The notes beneath the pieces were generated by a model, which was not told where the DNA came from, did no database searches, and saw only the letters and a list, made by a program, of their open reading frames with translations. A DNA stretch of 64,000 nt from Rhina ancylostomus (lineage: Eukaryota): NCBI GenBank assembly GCA_030265395.1, contig JARFYF010000055.1, forward strand, positions 22,833,445 through 22,897,444. The letters run 5' to 3'. Every line of letters begins with the position of its first letter. The stretch's first letter is position 1. The translations under genes and the position numbers were made by a program. Of the stretch, positions 48,363 to 60,620 are shown piece after piece.

Positions 48363-48540
48363 AGACACAAGAGACTGCAGTTTCTGGAACCTGAAGCAAC
48401 ACGTGAGGTGCTAGACGAACTGGGGTTAGGCAACATCTATGAAGGAAAATGGACAGTCGATGTTTCAGGTCAATAACCTTCATCTGGCCTGGCCCAGCAG
48501 TCCAGTTGAAGGGTCTTGACCCAAAATATTGACTGTCCAA
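48363..48540. mobile_element. Inverted Penelope-derived repeat pair with two opposed hammerhead-like motifs
   Basis: Minus motif 48454-48491 and plus motif 48498-48535 within inverted arms TGGACAGTC...GACTGTCCA. Confidence 0.8.
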
Positions 48541-49139
48541 TATTTTGTGATAGTTATGAATTAGTCCCATTGAGTGTGCTGGAAATCTTTGTTCATGAGA
48601 TCTGAGTGTATTTTAAATGGTGAGCCAAGCCATAATTACTACTTAAATATTTCTCCCTAGAAATCTAATTTTAACTATATATGTAATAATCCATCAGATT
48701 ATTTTAAGATATAAAAATAGCAATTTTTAAAAGAAGTTTATAGTTAGCTTCTCCTTGAATCAAATGTGAATATTCAGATATATATATTGCACTCTGTATA
48801 ATGCTTTGGAAGTTTTGATTAAAAATGTGTGTTTTATTTCATATAATGCTGTCTGTAAGTATCTTTTACTGTGAATGTCTGCCCATCATATTGACTGGGT
48901 GCTGGTCACCAGGGGGTGGGGGGGTTCTTTTTGAACCTGTCAGGCGCAGGTGTCAGAATGGGGCAAGTTCTCACCACAGATATCATTAGTCCTTTGTGAC
49001 GAACTTTATTCAAGGTTAGGAGCAAGTGCAGCTGTTATGCCATTGACTGTACATTCTGAGCCATCACTGAACACGATCTTCTCTTCAACTGAAATCCACA
49101 CACAAACACTATTCTTCAGTGATTCATTGGTACCTCTTG

Positions 49140-49590
49140 CAATTCAAGATACTGCTTTATATTCCTATGATGTGGTCTCCTCTACATTAGACTGGGTGAC
49201 CACTTTGCTAAACACCTCCGTTCAGTCTGCAAGGTGCCCCTTAGCCTGTCAATTTAATCACCCATCTCAGTCCCCTCTTACCCCTCTGTCTTTGCCCTCC
49301 TATGACGTTCCATCAAAGTTGAGCATAAACTTGAGAATAGCATCTCATTTTCCAGCTTGGAACATTGCAACCCTCACGACTGTCCAATGAACCCTCACAA
49401 CTGTTGAATGAATTCAACAATTTCTGATAACCACCTTTTCTTTCTTGTATCAGAATGGGCTAGATCTGATGAAAGATAATTTACCTGAAGCATTAAATAT
49501 GGTTCTCTCTCCGCTGTTGCTGCCTAACCAGCAGAGTTAGTTCCAGCATTATCTATTTTTATTGCAGATTTTCTCCATCTGTATTTCTTT
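49140..49590 (+). mobile_element. Decayed Penelope-like GIY-YIG end plus terminal repeat
   Basis: AGACTGGGTGACCACTTTGCTAAACACCTCCGTTCAGTCTGC (RLGDHFAKHLRSVC); KLE..HLIFQLGTLQP; CTGATGA at 49466. Confidence 0.75.
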
Positions 49591-50544
49591 GCTCTTCAAT
49601 GACCACTCTTCTAGCTATGTCAGAATAACTAATCAATAGATTAGTTGTTTCATCCCTTATGAACATTATTTGTAGTATCACTTCTCATCCCAAACTCACC
49701 ACAGTCTAGAGATTAAATCTCAGACGTTCCTTGGAGATATAGTTAACTATTTATCCACAGGTCAAACAGAACATTCAGTTATGACTGGGCTTTTGCTGTA
49801 AATTCTACAGAGACACTTCTGAAATGTGTTGTAGGAATTAAGAGAATTTATGAGGTGTGAATATCATAAAACACTGAAGGGGAATTGAAGAGAGTGATTC
49901 AAAGAGAATGTTGCTCAGTTAACCCTCCTTGAATTTTGTACCCTGAAAATCAGGGTGAAATCACCAGCATTATTTCAAAGTTCATAGTCAGCAGTATGCC
50001 TGTGAAAAGACATGGAAGCAAATATCACAACACCTCTCCTGTTTGTTTCATTCAGCTGCACAATGTCTAATGGATCTCACTTTTAATTTTTAGTTGGTCT
50101 CAAATAAATCATATTTAAAAACTTCCTGAATTGGTTTGCCGCAAATTTATTGCTGTCTGTTTCTCAGCTTAACAGAGCCATACGTCACTGAAGGACCAGC
50201 AAATCACTTTCCCAAGCCAGTGTGAGAAAATGTAACAGCTCTTAGCCTGTGAACCACAAGCTTTGGGCATAAGATCTACCTCAGTAACAGAGCCCAGATG
50301 CAGATTTGTACAAAAAAAATACAGGAGACATAATACCTCCTTTCGGCGTGTGAGAGAAAAAGTTATTCATTCATAAACTCTTAGGAGAAGCTCTAAAACA
50401 TTTATACAGTAACTAACAAATATTCCATTGTGTCCTTAAGTACATCACAAAATTTTAAATGAGGAATTCTGCCACTGCTGTGCACATATAAAGCCGCTTT
50501 GAAGAATATTTGGAATGAAAGGTTGCTTTCTAACAGACATATAA

Positions 50545-50890
50545 TTTTTATAGCTATTACATTGTAAAACATCCCAAGGCACTTCACAGCAACATTATCA
50601 GTCAAAATTTGAAACAGGCACACCAGGATACATTGACCAAATGCTTTGTCAAAGCAAAATGTTTTAAAGAAAGAGAGAGATATAAGGAGGTGGAAAGGTT
50701 TAAGGAAGGAATTACAGAGCTCAGGGCATGGGCATGTCCACCAGTGGTGGAGCAACAGAGGCCAGATTTGGAAGAGCATTGAGATCTTGGGCAATGTTGA
50801 TCCAGAAGAGGCTCAGAGATAGGAAGGGACAATGAGGGGATTTGAACACACCAATGAGAATTTTAAAGTCAAGCCTTTCTTGGATATGTA
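50545..50890 (-). mobile_element. L2-like LINE 3' end
   Basis: TTATAGC..GTAAAACATCCCAAGGCACTTCACAG..GACCAAATGCTTTGTCAAAG..GGTTTAAGGAAGGAATTACAGAGC resembles the recalled chondrichthyan L2 3' end (..NSFLKP..). Confidence 0.6.
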
Positions 50891-53800
50891 GTTCAGCAAA
50901 TACAGAAGAGATAGATGAATGCCATTTTGTGCATGACCGCAGTCAAGCCATTGAGAATAACCCAGTGTAACTGCTTAAGAAATAGAAAATCAAAGAGCAA
51001 AACACTTTCATGGGTCATTAGCTTAAAATAAGGAAAAAGTAAATACTTTTGTATGTTTGTCATAGATGCTATTGGCAAAATTGGATCTAAGTTTGAAACG
51101 TGCACTGAATTTGCCAGTTTATTAAGGAATATAGACCAAGGAATTACTGTTGTAAAGTTAGTACATGGATACTTACACTTTTTACCCATCCATATTACAT
51201 TCCTGTGTCTGCTTTTTCAAAGGAGACATTAACCGTCTTACCTTTCCTATGCACTAACACCTCTGTTAAAATGTGGATGGAGGGCTTAATAAGAATGGAT
51301 TAGGTGCTTCTATAACTGCACTGAAAATGGTAACTTGTCATATCTGGAGTAGTCCATAGTATTATCCATAAATGCAATATTCAATGATTCAGAAAACTTT
51401 TCTAGATGGGTATAACACAAGCATTAGGATGACACAAGGAGGCCATTCAACTTAACATGCGTGTCTCAACCAAACCATTACTTCAGTCTCATTTCTCTGC
51501 TCTTTCACTATTCTTCCCTTTTAAATATTCTAACACTGTGGACCATAAACAAGAATTAACGCTGAGTATGTACGAGTCCAAATGTGCAACTATTTTTATC
51601 AATGAAAAAGATTTTTCACTCCATCATGTCCCAGATTTCCAGCTTCCTTTAAATGTAGAAGACATACTATTAACTTCAACGTGTCCACACTTGTACATAT
51701 GTGCTCACTTAATTGAACCATTCACAAAGAAGACCATATATTATGGGAACAAGTTCACGTTGACTGAGCCGTTTTGGTAAAAAGTGCTAACTTGATTTAA
51801 GTATGTGATATAGTTATGCATTTGTATGTTATAATTTATACTTTGAACAGTATATGGTGATTTGCTTAATTATGCATGCTTTATTAAAATAAACTATGCC
51901 TTATCTCACTTGGGCTTTTAACTAAAAGGCTTTTAACATCATCAGATTAATTGTGTTGAAAGCATTGCAAATGAATGTAACACTGTCACCCATAATGTGA
52001 AAATCATTATATTAAAATAATGTGTTTGCATTTCCTCTAGACGTGTAACATTTAACATATAGAACCTCTTGGAATTATTTTTATTTAGACATGGTTCCCA
52101 GCAAATAGGTTGGTTGTATCTTCACAGTAGAATTATCATGCACTTAGTTGGCAGGACAAAGATAATCCACACAACAGTTTGATGCTGAATACNNNNNNNN
52201 NNNNNNNNNNNNNNNNNNNNNNNNNNNNNNNNNNTTCATTAAAACAAGTAAAAAGAACCCTGTAAATCATAAGCAGTGAAAATGGGAATGCAAAAAGATA
52301 TAGTAAATGTCTAAGGTACAGAGAGGTGAACAGATCAGATGGAGAATGTTATTAGAGCTGAGAATGAACAGTGAGAGCCCTTTTGCAGGACTCACCAAAA
52401 CAAAAAGGGTGGGGTAAAACCACAGGTGGAAATTAAGAATGCTTTGGACTTCATGGGTATATTCAGCTAATGTTTCTGATTCCATCAATATATCAACTGT
52501 TAGATTAAACAGATATACAGGTTCTACTGCAAGTTGTGCCCTTCAGCCTAAACTACTTAACCAACCAAACTACTGAGATCAGTGCTACAAGTTAACAGGG
52601 CACTGGGGACCTGAGGAAACAAGGAAAACAATAGGAGAGTGATATAAAGGGCCAGAAATACACTATGAAAGTATTGGGGAGCTTGAATTAAGCAATATTG
52701 TTACATTAGATACAGAAAGAGAAATATCAAAAGGGTGGAATAGGATGATAACTGAAGAAGAAAATATGAACACTTAAAGGCTTAAAATTTGAAGAAATGT
52801 GACAGTGTTCTTATAATGGTTAATATTTGGTGCCAGGACAGTTGATTGACAACCATTAACATTTAGCATATCATTAAAAGTGCATTTCCATCTTTAATCA
52901 CATATTCCCAAAATTTGCAGTCTTGGTCTGAATTTACTGCCCAAATTCAGCAACTTCTTGATAAACAATGTATTTTAATGCCATAACAGGTGCCAAAATG
53001 CCACCAGTCTAAAGCTGACTGTGCTGCTTCACAACTCATACTGCAACCTTCAGATATTTGTGTTTGCCTACAAATCAACCCAATCCCCCAACACCACACC
53101 AGTGTTCACTCTGTACCAGGTGAACGACGAGAGCAGAAGCATCTTTAACTTCTTATATTTTAATGCAAAAATCTGGCCCTTTGACTCTTTGCTGTAAGAA
53201 ATAGTTGCACATTTTAGTACTTCAGTTATTCCTTCAGACGCTGTGTGCTGTGCTATGTATTTACAGCAGAGTTTATTATTTTATTATTTATGATTATTTA
53301 TTATTTAACAGAACAAACTTTGTCCTCACTACTGTTCTATTCATTCTCTTACTGAGAGAAACTCTCTGGATTTGACCCTGTTATCAAGGAAAACATCAAG
53401 TGCACTACAACAGTAAGGAAAATAGTTTCCAAACAGCATGGAACTTTGTCATGTCTAGCAAAGTCATCGAAAAAGTAAATATTTATGAAATTATACTAAC
53501 TTCATGTGATTAGAATTCATACTTATTAGGCCAGATCGTACTGGTCTGGTCACCTCAGCTGGAATCACTGCCTGTGGTACCCCCTTATCTGTACCTGCCC
53601 TGTCCAGATGTGAAGGGACCATCTCACTGACCCTCATAATCGGGAATCCAGCAGTGTGGTCTTAGTTGGGGCAAAGTCATAGGGTAAGGAAGCCCCACCC
53701 CTGAAGTGCACCTGACAGCCTCTGACAGCTGGTAAAGCTGGGAGTGGGGCTTTAATGTCTATAAAATGTAATTAATTTTAATAGTTCTAACATTCTAACA

Positions 53801-56800
53801 TTTAGAGACATGAACAAAATTCTAATTGATGTAGGTAGTCATAAAAGATCAAAAATGCTTAAATTTGTTAAAAATATAAAAATAATCTATCAATAATTAA
53901 AACATAAAACTGTCTAAAAAATAAAGTGCACTGAAATAATTAAAAACAAACTGTGCCTCCAAATCTGCAGGCTGAGAATCCCTATTAAAATCAATTGACT
54001 GATACCCCTGGTCAGACTGGCTCAGGATCAGAGAGATGAAATGCTGGGGCAAGACTGATTCATCAGAATCTGACAAGGCCACAGTCTTCCACATTTGACA
54101 GTGCATGGGCAGAGGTGTGGGACTTACAAAAGTTTCAGTGGTTGCGTGCTTATGGTTCTGATCAGCCGACAGAATCGGGTCAATGGTCTCACAAAGATTT
54201 CAATAGCTAGAATTTTATTGAGAACAAATTTAAAAATGAATTAGATGAATAATAGGAATGAAAAGGCTCTGATGAATGACAATAGTTCTAACTGAAGAAG
54301 CTAAAGGAATGTTTTCCTAAAGAACCACTCGGTAAATCATATGCAACTGAGACATGCTTCCAGAATTCCCAATCAGAGCTGTTAGCTGCTGAGACCAAGT
54401 AGTGGGTGGAATATAAGAAGGAGTAGCAAGTGCTCCAGATTGTATTCTTATCCAATGGCACAAAATGGGAAGTATATATGACAGAGCATCATGTAAGAAC
54501 AGAAACGGGCCTGGCTGTGCATAATAGTCTCACCATACTTGATTTTCAGGATCATGAATAATGAATGGTACTCATGAGGGAAATTACTTATGGACCATAT
54601 GCCAATAAGAGGCAAAACATCCATTAGACAGGAAAAGGTAGGTAGGCAACAACATCGTTAGTAGTACCAGGCACCCGAAGGAATCTATCCCATGTTATTC
54701 TGATAATCCCTATAAATTTTAGCAATGAACATCTGAATTTAATGTGGAAAGGCAATAAATATCACACAGTATAATAGCAAAGGTGATCATGACTGAATGT
54801 ATGCATCATTTAAATGGAATGGAAAACAAAAATTGTTATGATATTTGAATAGACATAAAAAGTTTAATAATAGCAAAAGGCGATAGTTTTAGCAAGAATT
54901 AGAATGCAGGTATGTATAGCTGTGTAGAACAAAATATGCACAAGTGAAACATGGTCAGTGTAGGTCCTGAGAAGAGTTATTAAGTGGGGAAAAGCATAAT
55001 CCTTAACTCCAGTACCCAAAACCAGAAGATTCATCAATAAATTATGTAACACACTGGCACAAATTTTGGAATGATTAAATAATATTTGTCACTTATAATT
55101 CCACAGCTGCCCACAGATTTACATGGGTTCTTTTGTGAACACTTGCTTGAGATCTTTCATAATGCCGAGTTCTACACATGGTGTTTGCCACCTGTACAAC
55201 TGGGACTATCAACAGTGAGTATCATCAACTAATCAAATCCATGAATACCCCTTGAGGGTCACAGGGCTTCTCTGTTGCTAAATATACAAAATATAATTGG
55301 ATGTACTTTGTACTTAGATTCCAAAATTCAGTTCTATTGTCCTGAGTGGAACAGACTTTCAGAAGCTGAATATAATATGGAGTACATCATGCTTCCAAAT
55401 GTCTTGGGCATTTAGTGCATGAGATGGAGAACAAGTTTGTACCATCCAGAGTCTAACCAGGAAGTGTAAAGCAGAATATTTGAATCAGTATAAAATCAGG
55501 TACAGAAATAAAAATAACAAGATGGTAAGGAAGCTGAAAAAGGTGAAGTAAAATAAAGTTACTTAATGTGTATGTTTTAAATCTCCAACAATAATTACAT
55601 CCTGAAGGATTGTACCTCCATGCTTATAAATCAAATTTACAGTACCACTAAGATTATTTGGCAGTAATTAACAAACCATTAAAAAATTACTTATATCTGA
55701 ATGCACCAGTGCTAAATTGTTCTGACGTGTTTAGTGGGTAACTATTGAGTAAGTGCCACAACTTCATGCCAGGCATGTACTTGAATGCCAGACCTCTCAT
55801 TGAGGTTTGAGCGTCGTGAAGGGCAAAGCAGACAGCAACTTCCAGATTTCCACGTTTGACTGCACACAAGCAGACTCTCCAAGTTGCTCTTTGATTTACC
55901 ACGTAACAGTGAGTGCTAATAGGCTCACCATTATTCCCAGTGCAAAATCTGTGCCATTACCTACAGACTCCAGTTTGTGAAACATATCGGACTAATTTTT
56001 ATTCACTTCCTTTTGTAGCAATAACTGGAAAGAAAAACTGTTTAAAAATATTGGGCCCCAGTATAATTAGCTTCCTCAATAATGATAAGAAAAATATCAG
56101 TACTTAATCTTGGATGAAGTAGACCCTTCTAGCTCATTAAGTAAATCCAGTGCTATGGATATCCAGCCCCTCTGGCAACCCATTCAGCTGTTTGATCACC
56201 TCAGGCATCAATTCCAGCCTCGTTCTTCAAAGTCCAGAAACTGTTCACTCTTTGTTGTGTATTGTAGGTTCAACCAACATATACTACACTCTCATCCTGC
56301 TGCTTTGGAGCATCTGGAAAAATATTTCATTTTTATTTTTTATTCAAAACTAAAATATTTACTTTATCCACCTAATTCTGTAGCCTAAAGCTATGCCCCA
56401 GTGAGATGTTTCTCGCCAAAGGTAAAACATACTTAACCTATTGTTGCTCTCAGTTAATCCTACTAACTTTATCATTTTGACAGCTAATAAAGATTGGAGT
56501 TATTCAAATTTTTTAAAACCCTACAAGGTTTATATATTCCAATGATAGATCTGATGGGGCTGTATTTTTATTAATATAAACCCATCAGATCTGTTAATTG
56601 CCAATATTGTTTAATTTACAATCATCTAAAAATATATGACTAAAAGAATCCTTCCTCACCATGCTATTAGCAATGTTTCTGGGAAAATGGGTTAAATTAA
56701 TTTGGTTGGATATGATTAGACAATGCAGTGCTGCTCACAAAGGCTCCACTCTAAGAGAAACCTCTCTCAAAATGGCCTCTAACAGTTAGGTGCACTTTAA

Positions 56801-59396
56801 GTTTCTTTCATCCCTCCCCTTCCCTATAGCCATTATCATTATGTGTTCATCGCTCTTTTTCCCAGTGCTAATACTGGGCTTTAATTCAGCCTTCAGAGTG
56901 AGAAAAGTAGAATCCAGAATGACTGAACCTCCCACTGTGCGCTGAGAAAATGCCAATCAAGATCCTGCCATCCAAAACTGAGTGATTATAGATGTGCTTA
57001 TTGAGAGGAAAGAGAGACAGTCAGGAGATTGGGAACTTGGGGCCAGGATGAAATATTGCACTATTGATCATTTCATCGGTATTTGTCCCACAGCAGCACC
57101 TGTGGAAATAGCTTGCAGTAAAAAGTACGAACAGATCAAGGTGCAAGTCACACTTGTGCAATTTACAGTGCCTGTGCTAAAATTCTTATCAGGTGCAGTG
57201 TGAAGACATGGGATATATTAGGAAAGACATATTGTACATAAAGAGGATATATTTTGGAGCATATTTAGAATAAAATATAAAGCATCTTTACTTACATTAA
57301 GCTAATGGTTAGACTTTAACGTCATATCAAAATTATCTAAAAATAGTTTGAGAACTTATCAATTCAATCAGTTTAATCCCTTCCAAAGGAAAACAATGAA
57401 ATATCTTCTGTGGAAACATTTTGCTCCCATTCAACAAAACACAAATGTAAACAATAGAGCAAAATAAAAAGTGATGCCAAGTGGTATCTCTGGGGCTTCA
57501 TCCTCTGACCGACATCTTAAAGAGCCATGGAAATAACTGAAGTGCTGTGCAAAGCTCTCAATGGGTTTTCCTTCACATAAGTTCTGCAGATCCAGCCAAC
57601 GACAACATAAGAAATTAGTCCCATATTTGTGGGGTTGCTCTATGTAGTGTACATTTTCCATAAATATAAAACTTTAAAAACATTCTTTATCAATAGCTTG
57701 TTCATTCAGTGGATTATAGACCTTGATCTTAATATTAACTACAAAAAGTCATATTAGTATTATAATAATAATTACATTGGGATAAAAATTTTGAAGATGT
57801 GTTAATCTTAGAAGTAGTGGGGAAGCAAAATTCATTATGCACAGCAAACAATGGTCATTTGTGCCACAATCTTATTTTGAAGCTTCTATTTACCGATTTG
57901 TTAGTGTGGCTACAAAGGACTCCTTGCTCAGCTGCCCTTTCTTTCTGCCTGTGTATCTTGGTGTCTGCTTTAGTCTCAAGAAACATATAAGCAAGGAATT
58001 GGCTTGGAAACTCTTCCGAAAGTGGAAATGGAAAATATAATTATGTTACTAACTTGATGCAGCTAAAACTTAAATAAAGCATATACAATCTTGGTAAAAC
58101 AAATTCCGTTGGTTTGGCATCAAAGTGCTGATCTGAACCAAAGATGAAAGAAATAGAAAATTACATAAAAATCTGCAGAGAGAATTGAAGGTAAGGTTTG
58201 TTCTGGTTGTTGGGAAATCATAAACATGTTAATTTTCAGTGCACTTGCATTGCCACCATACCAGTCCAGAATAATTCCTCTCAGTGGGCGGCAGACAGAT
58301 GCCCGGCTGTGGATGACTTAAATCTTGCCTGTTTCTAATCTAACACTTTAGTCCTGCACTCTTTCTCAAGAAATACAAAGGTTTTTGGAAGAAATTCATC
58401 TAAATTAGATCCATCAAAAGAATCAGCAAGTTGATAAAATAAATGATGATGGGCACCTTCGGGGACCATTTCAAAAAGTCTTTTTATAATCTCATACCTG
58501 AAAATAAAAATCCTACAGGGTTAGAAATGACTTTTTTTCAAACTTTTAACAATTTTTCTTGCTCTTTGAAAGTACTCCAGTCTGCATTACCTTCACATTT
58601 GTTAAATCTGTCCCATTCTAGGCAGTCTAAATGTTGAGATGAGGTTCACTTGGAAACAATTTAATGATGATGATACAAACTTCCCAGGCTATGCATTCTG
58701 AATTGCAAACAACTAGGTCTTAACATTAGGTGAAAATATTCTAATAATAACTATGGTCCCTCCAAAAAGATAGTACCTTTCATCAATTATATCTTTGTTT
58801 TTTTTACCTAATAGCTCCAAGAATAAAGAAAAGACTTACTTATTTTAAATTCTTGTTAATTTTGTAAATTAATCACCTGATACAAGCTTACAAAATTTTT
58901 AACTTAAATATCCTCACCAGAAATGACGATGTTTTATCCATGCTTGTTGACATAAAAGGTTAAAAGCAAAGTACTATTGCTGANNNNNNNNNNNNNNNNN
59001 NNNNNNNNNNNNNNNNNNNNNNNNNNNNNNNNNNNNNNNNNNNNNNNNNNNNNNNNNNNNNNNNNNNNNNNNNNNNNNNNNNNNNNNNNNNNNNNNNNNN
59101 NNNNNNNNNNNNNNNNNNNNNNNNNNNNNNNNNNNNNNNNNNNNNNNNNNNNNNNNNNNNNNNNNNNNNNNNNNNNNNNNNNNNNNNNNNNNNNNNNNNN
59201 NNNNNNNNNNNNNNNNNNNNNNNNNNNNNNNNNNNNNNNNNNNNNNNNNNNNNNNNNNNNNNNNNNNNNNNNNNNNNNNNNNNNNNNNNNNNNNNNNNNN
59301 NNNNNNNNNNNNNNNNNNNNNNNNNNNNNNNNNNNNNNNNNNNNNNNNNNNCAAATTATGATTCTTTTAAATCAAAAGGAATCAACGTTTATGTAA

Positions 59397-59870
59397 AGAT
59401 TAACCAGGATGTTGCCAGGACTACCGGGGCCAGAGTTACAAGGAGAGGTTGCATGGACTGGGACTTCATTCCCTGGAATTTAGGATCTTGAGGGATATAT
59501 AAGATCATGAGGGGCATATAAGATCATGAGGGGCATCGACAGGGTGAAAGCACATTGTCTTTTTCCCAGGGAGGGGGTGCTAAAAAGCAAGAAGGCATAA
59601 GTTTAAGATGAGAGGTGAGAGATTTAAAAGGAACATCAGTGGTAGCTTCTTCATGCAAAGGGTGCTGCGCATTTGGAAAGAGCTGCCAGAAATAGTGGTT
59701 GAGGCAGGCACATTAGCAACATTTAAACGCCATTCAGATAAGTACATAGATATGAGAGGTTTAGAGGGCTATAGGCCAAAGTCAGGCAGATGCGACTGGC
59801 TCACTGGGCTACACAGTTGGCATGGATGAGTTGGGCTGAAGGGCCTGGCTCCATGCTGTATGACTCTATG
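59397..59870 (+). mobile_element. CR1 LINE 3' fragment with an internal 19-bp tandem duplication
   Basis: RGERFKRNISGSFFMQRVLRIWKELPEIVVEAGTLATFKRH; ATATAAGATCATGAGGGGC is repeated at ~59497-59534. Confidence 0.9.
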
Positions 59871-60379
59871 AAAAGAATACTCTTTTACTTGAGAGAGAAA
59901 ACTGAAGGTTTTAAACGGCATTATAAGAATTCATTTTGATAATGCTGAGATTGTTGGTGGAGGAATTCCTTTGTTGCTGTTTTCACTCTTGAGTGGGTGC
60001 AGAATGCAGGAGTAAGTCATGCCTTTGCACTATGCAAATATATCTGGAGCGCCCTTTGTTTACATACTTCCACCAATGGTGTGCATTCTTAGGTCTTGAA
60101 ATAAAAACAAGAATATATTTTGTTAGTCATGCTAAAGTGATTACCCTTATGTGAAAAATTGTGATTAAATGCTAATTAGTAATAACAAATGATAATGTGA
60201 TACTCTGTGGAGCCACTGTACACTGTACAAAGAAAATTTGCTGTTTTAAAATACAAGAACGGTTTCCATGTTTATCTCATGCTGATTGTTCTCAACCACA
60301 TATGGAACACATGTGAAAGAGATGGTATTTCTAATGGCATTTAAAAGTAATGAGTGGGTGTGAAATATAACATTTGCAA

Positions 60380-60620
60380 AAGCACATAATACAGACAGTT
60401 GAATGGCCCATAGTGCATTAGGAGCAGTGCGGTGCGTGTGCACTTTCACTGATTCACACGGCCCGCTTCCTGCAGCCAAAGTGACAGTGACCTCAAATGG
60501 CCCCTGTAAAGGCAGAATAGTGAATGGTTGTCAGTACATGAGGCAGCGATTCCATGGCCAGATCCAGTGACGTCATGTCATCATGAGATAACTTTGTGCC
60601 AGTAGGCACGAGACTAAACT
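60380..60620. promoter_or_regulatory. Candidate conserved non-coding/enhancer block with full CRE
   Basis: TGACGTCA at 60568-60575; TGACAG and TGACCT at 60482-60493; several CpGs retained in a CpG-poor background; no repeat recognised. Confidence 0.35.

Noticed and set aside
48148-48920. CTCF-like strings (GTGCCCCCCTGTGC; TGGTCACCAGGGGGTGG)
   Set aside because: Several mismatches at core positions; not distinguishable from background.
38636-59396. Long ORFs made of X residues (also at 5545, 17681, 28026 and 31578)
   Set aside because: Created by N runs, not coding evidence.
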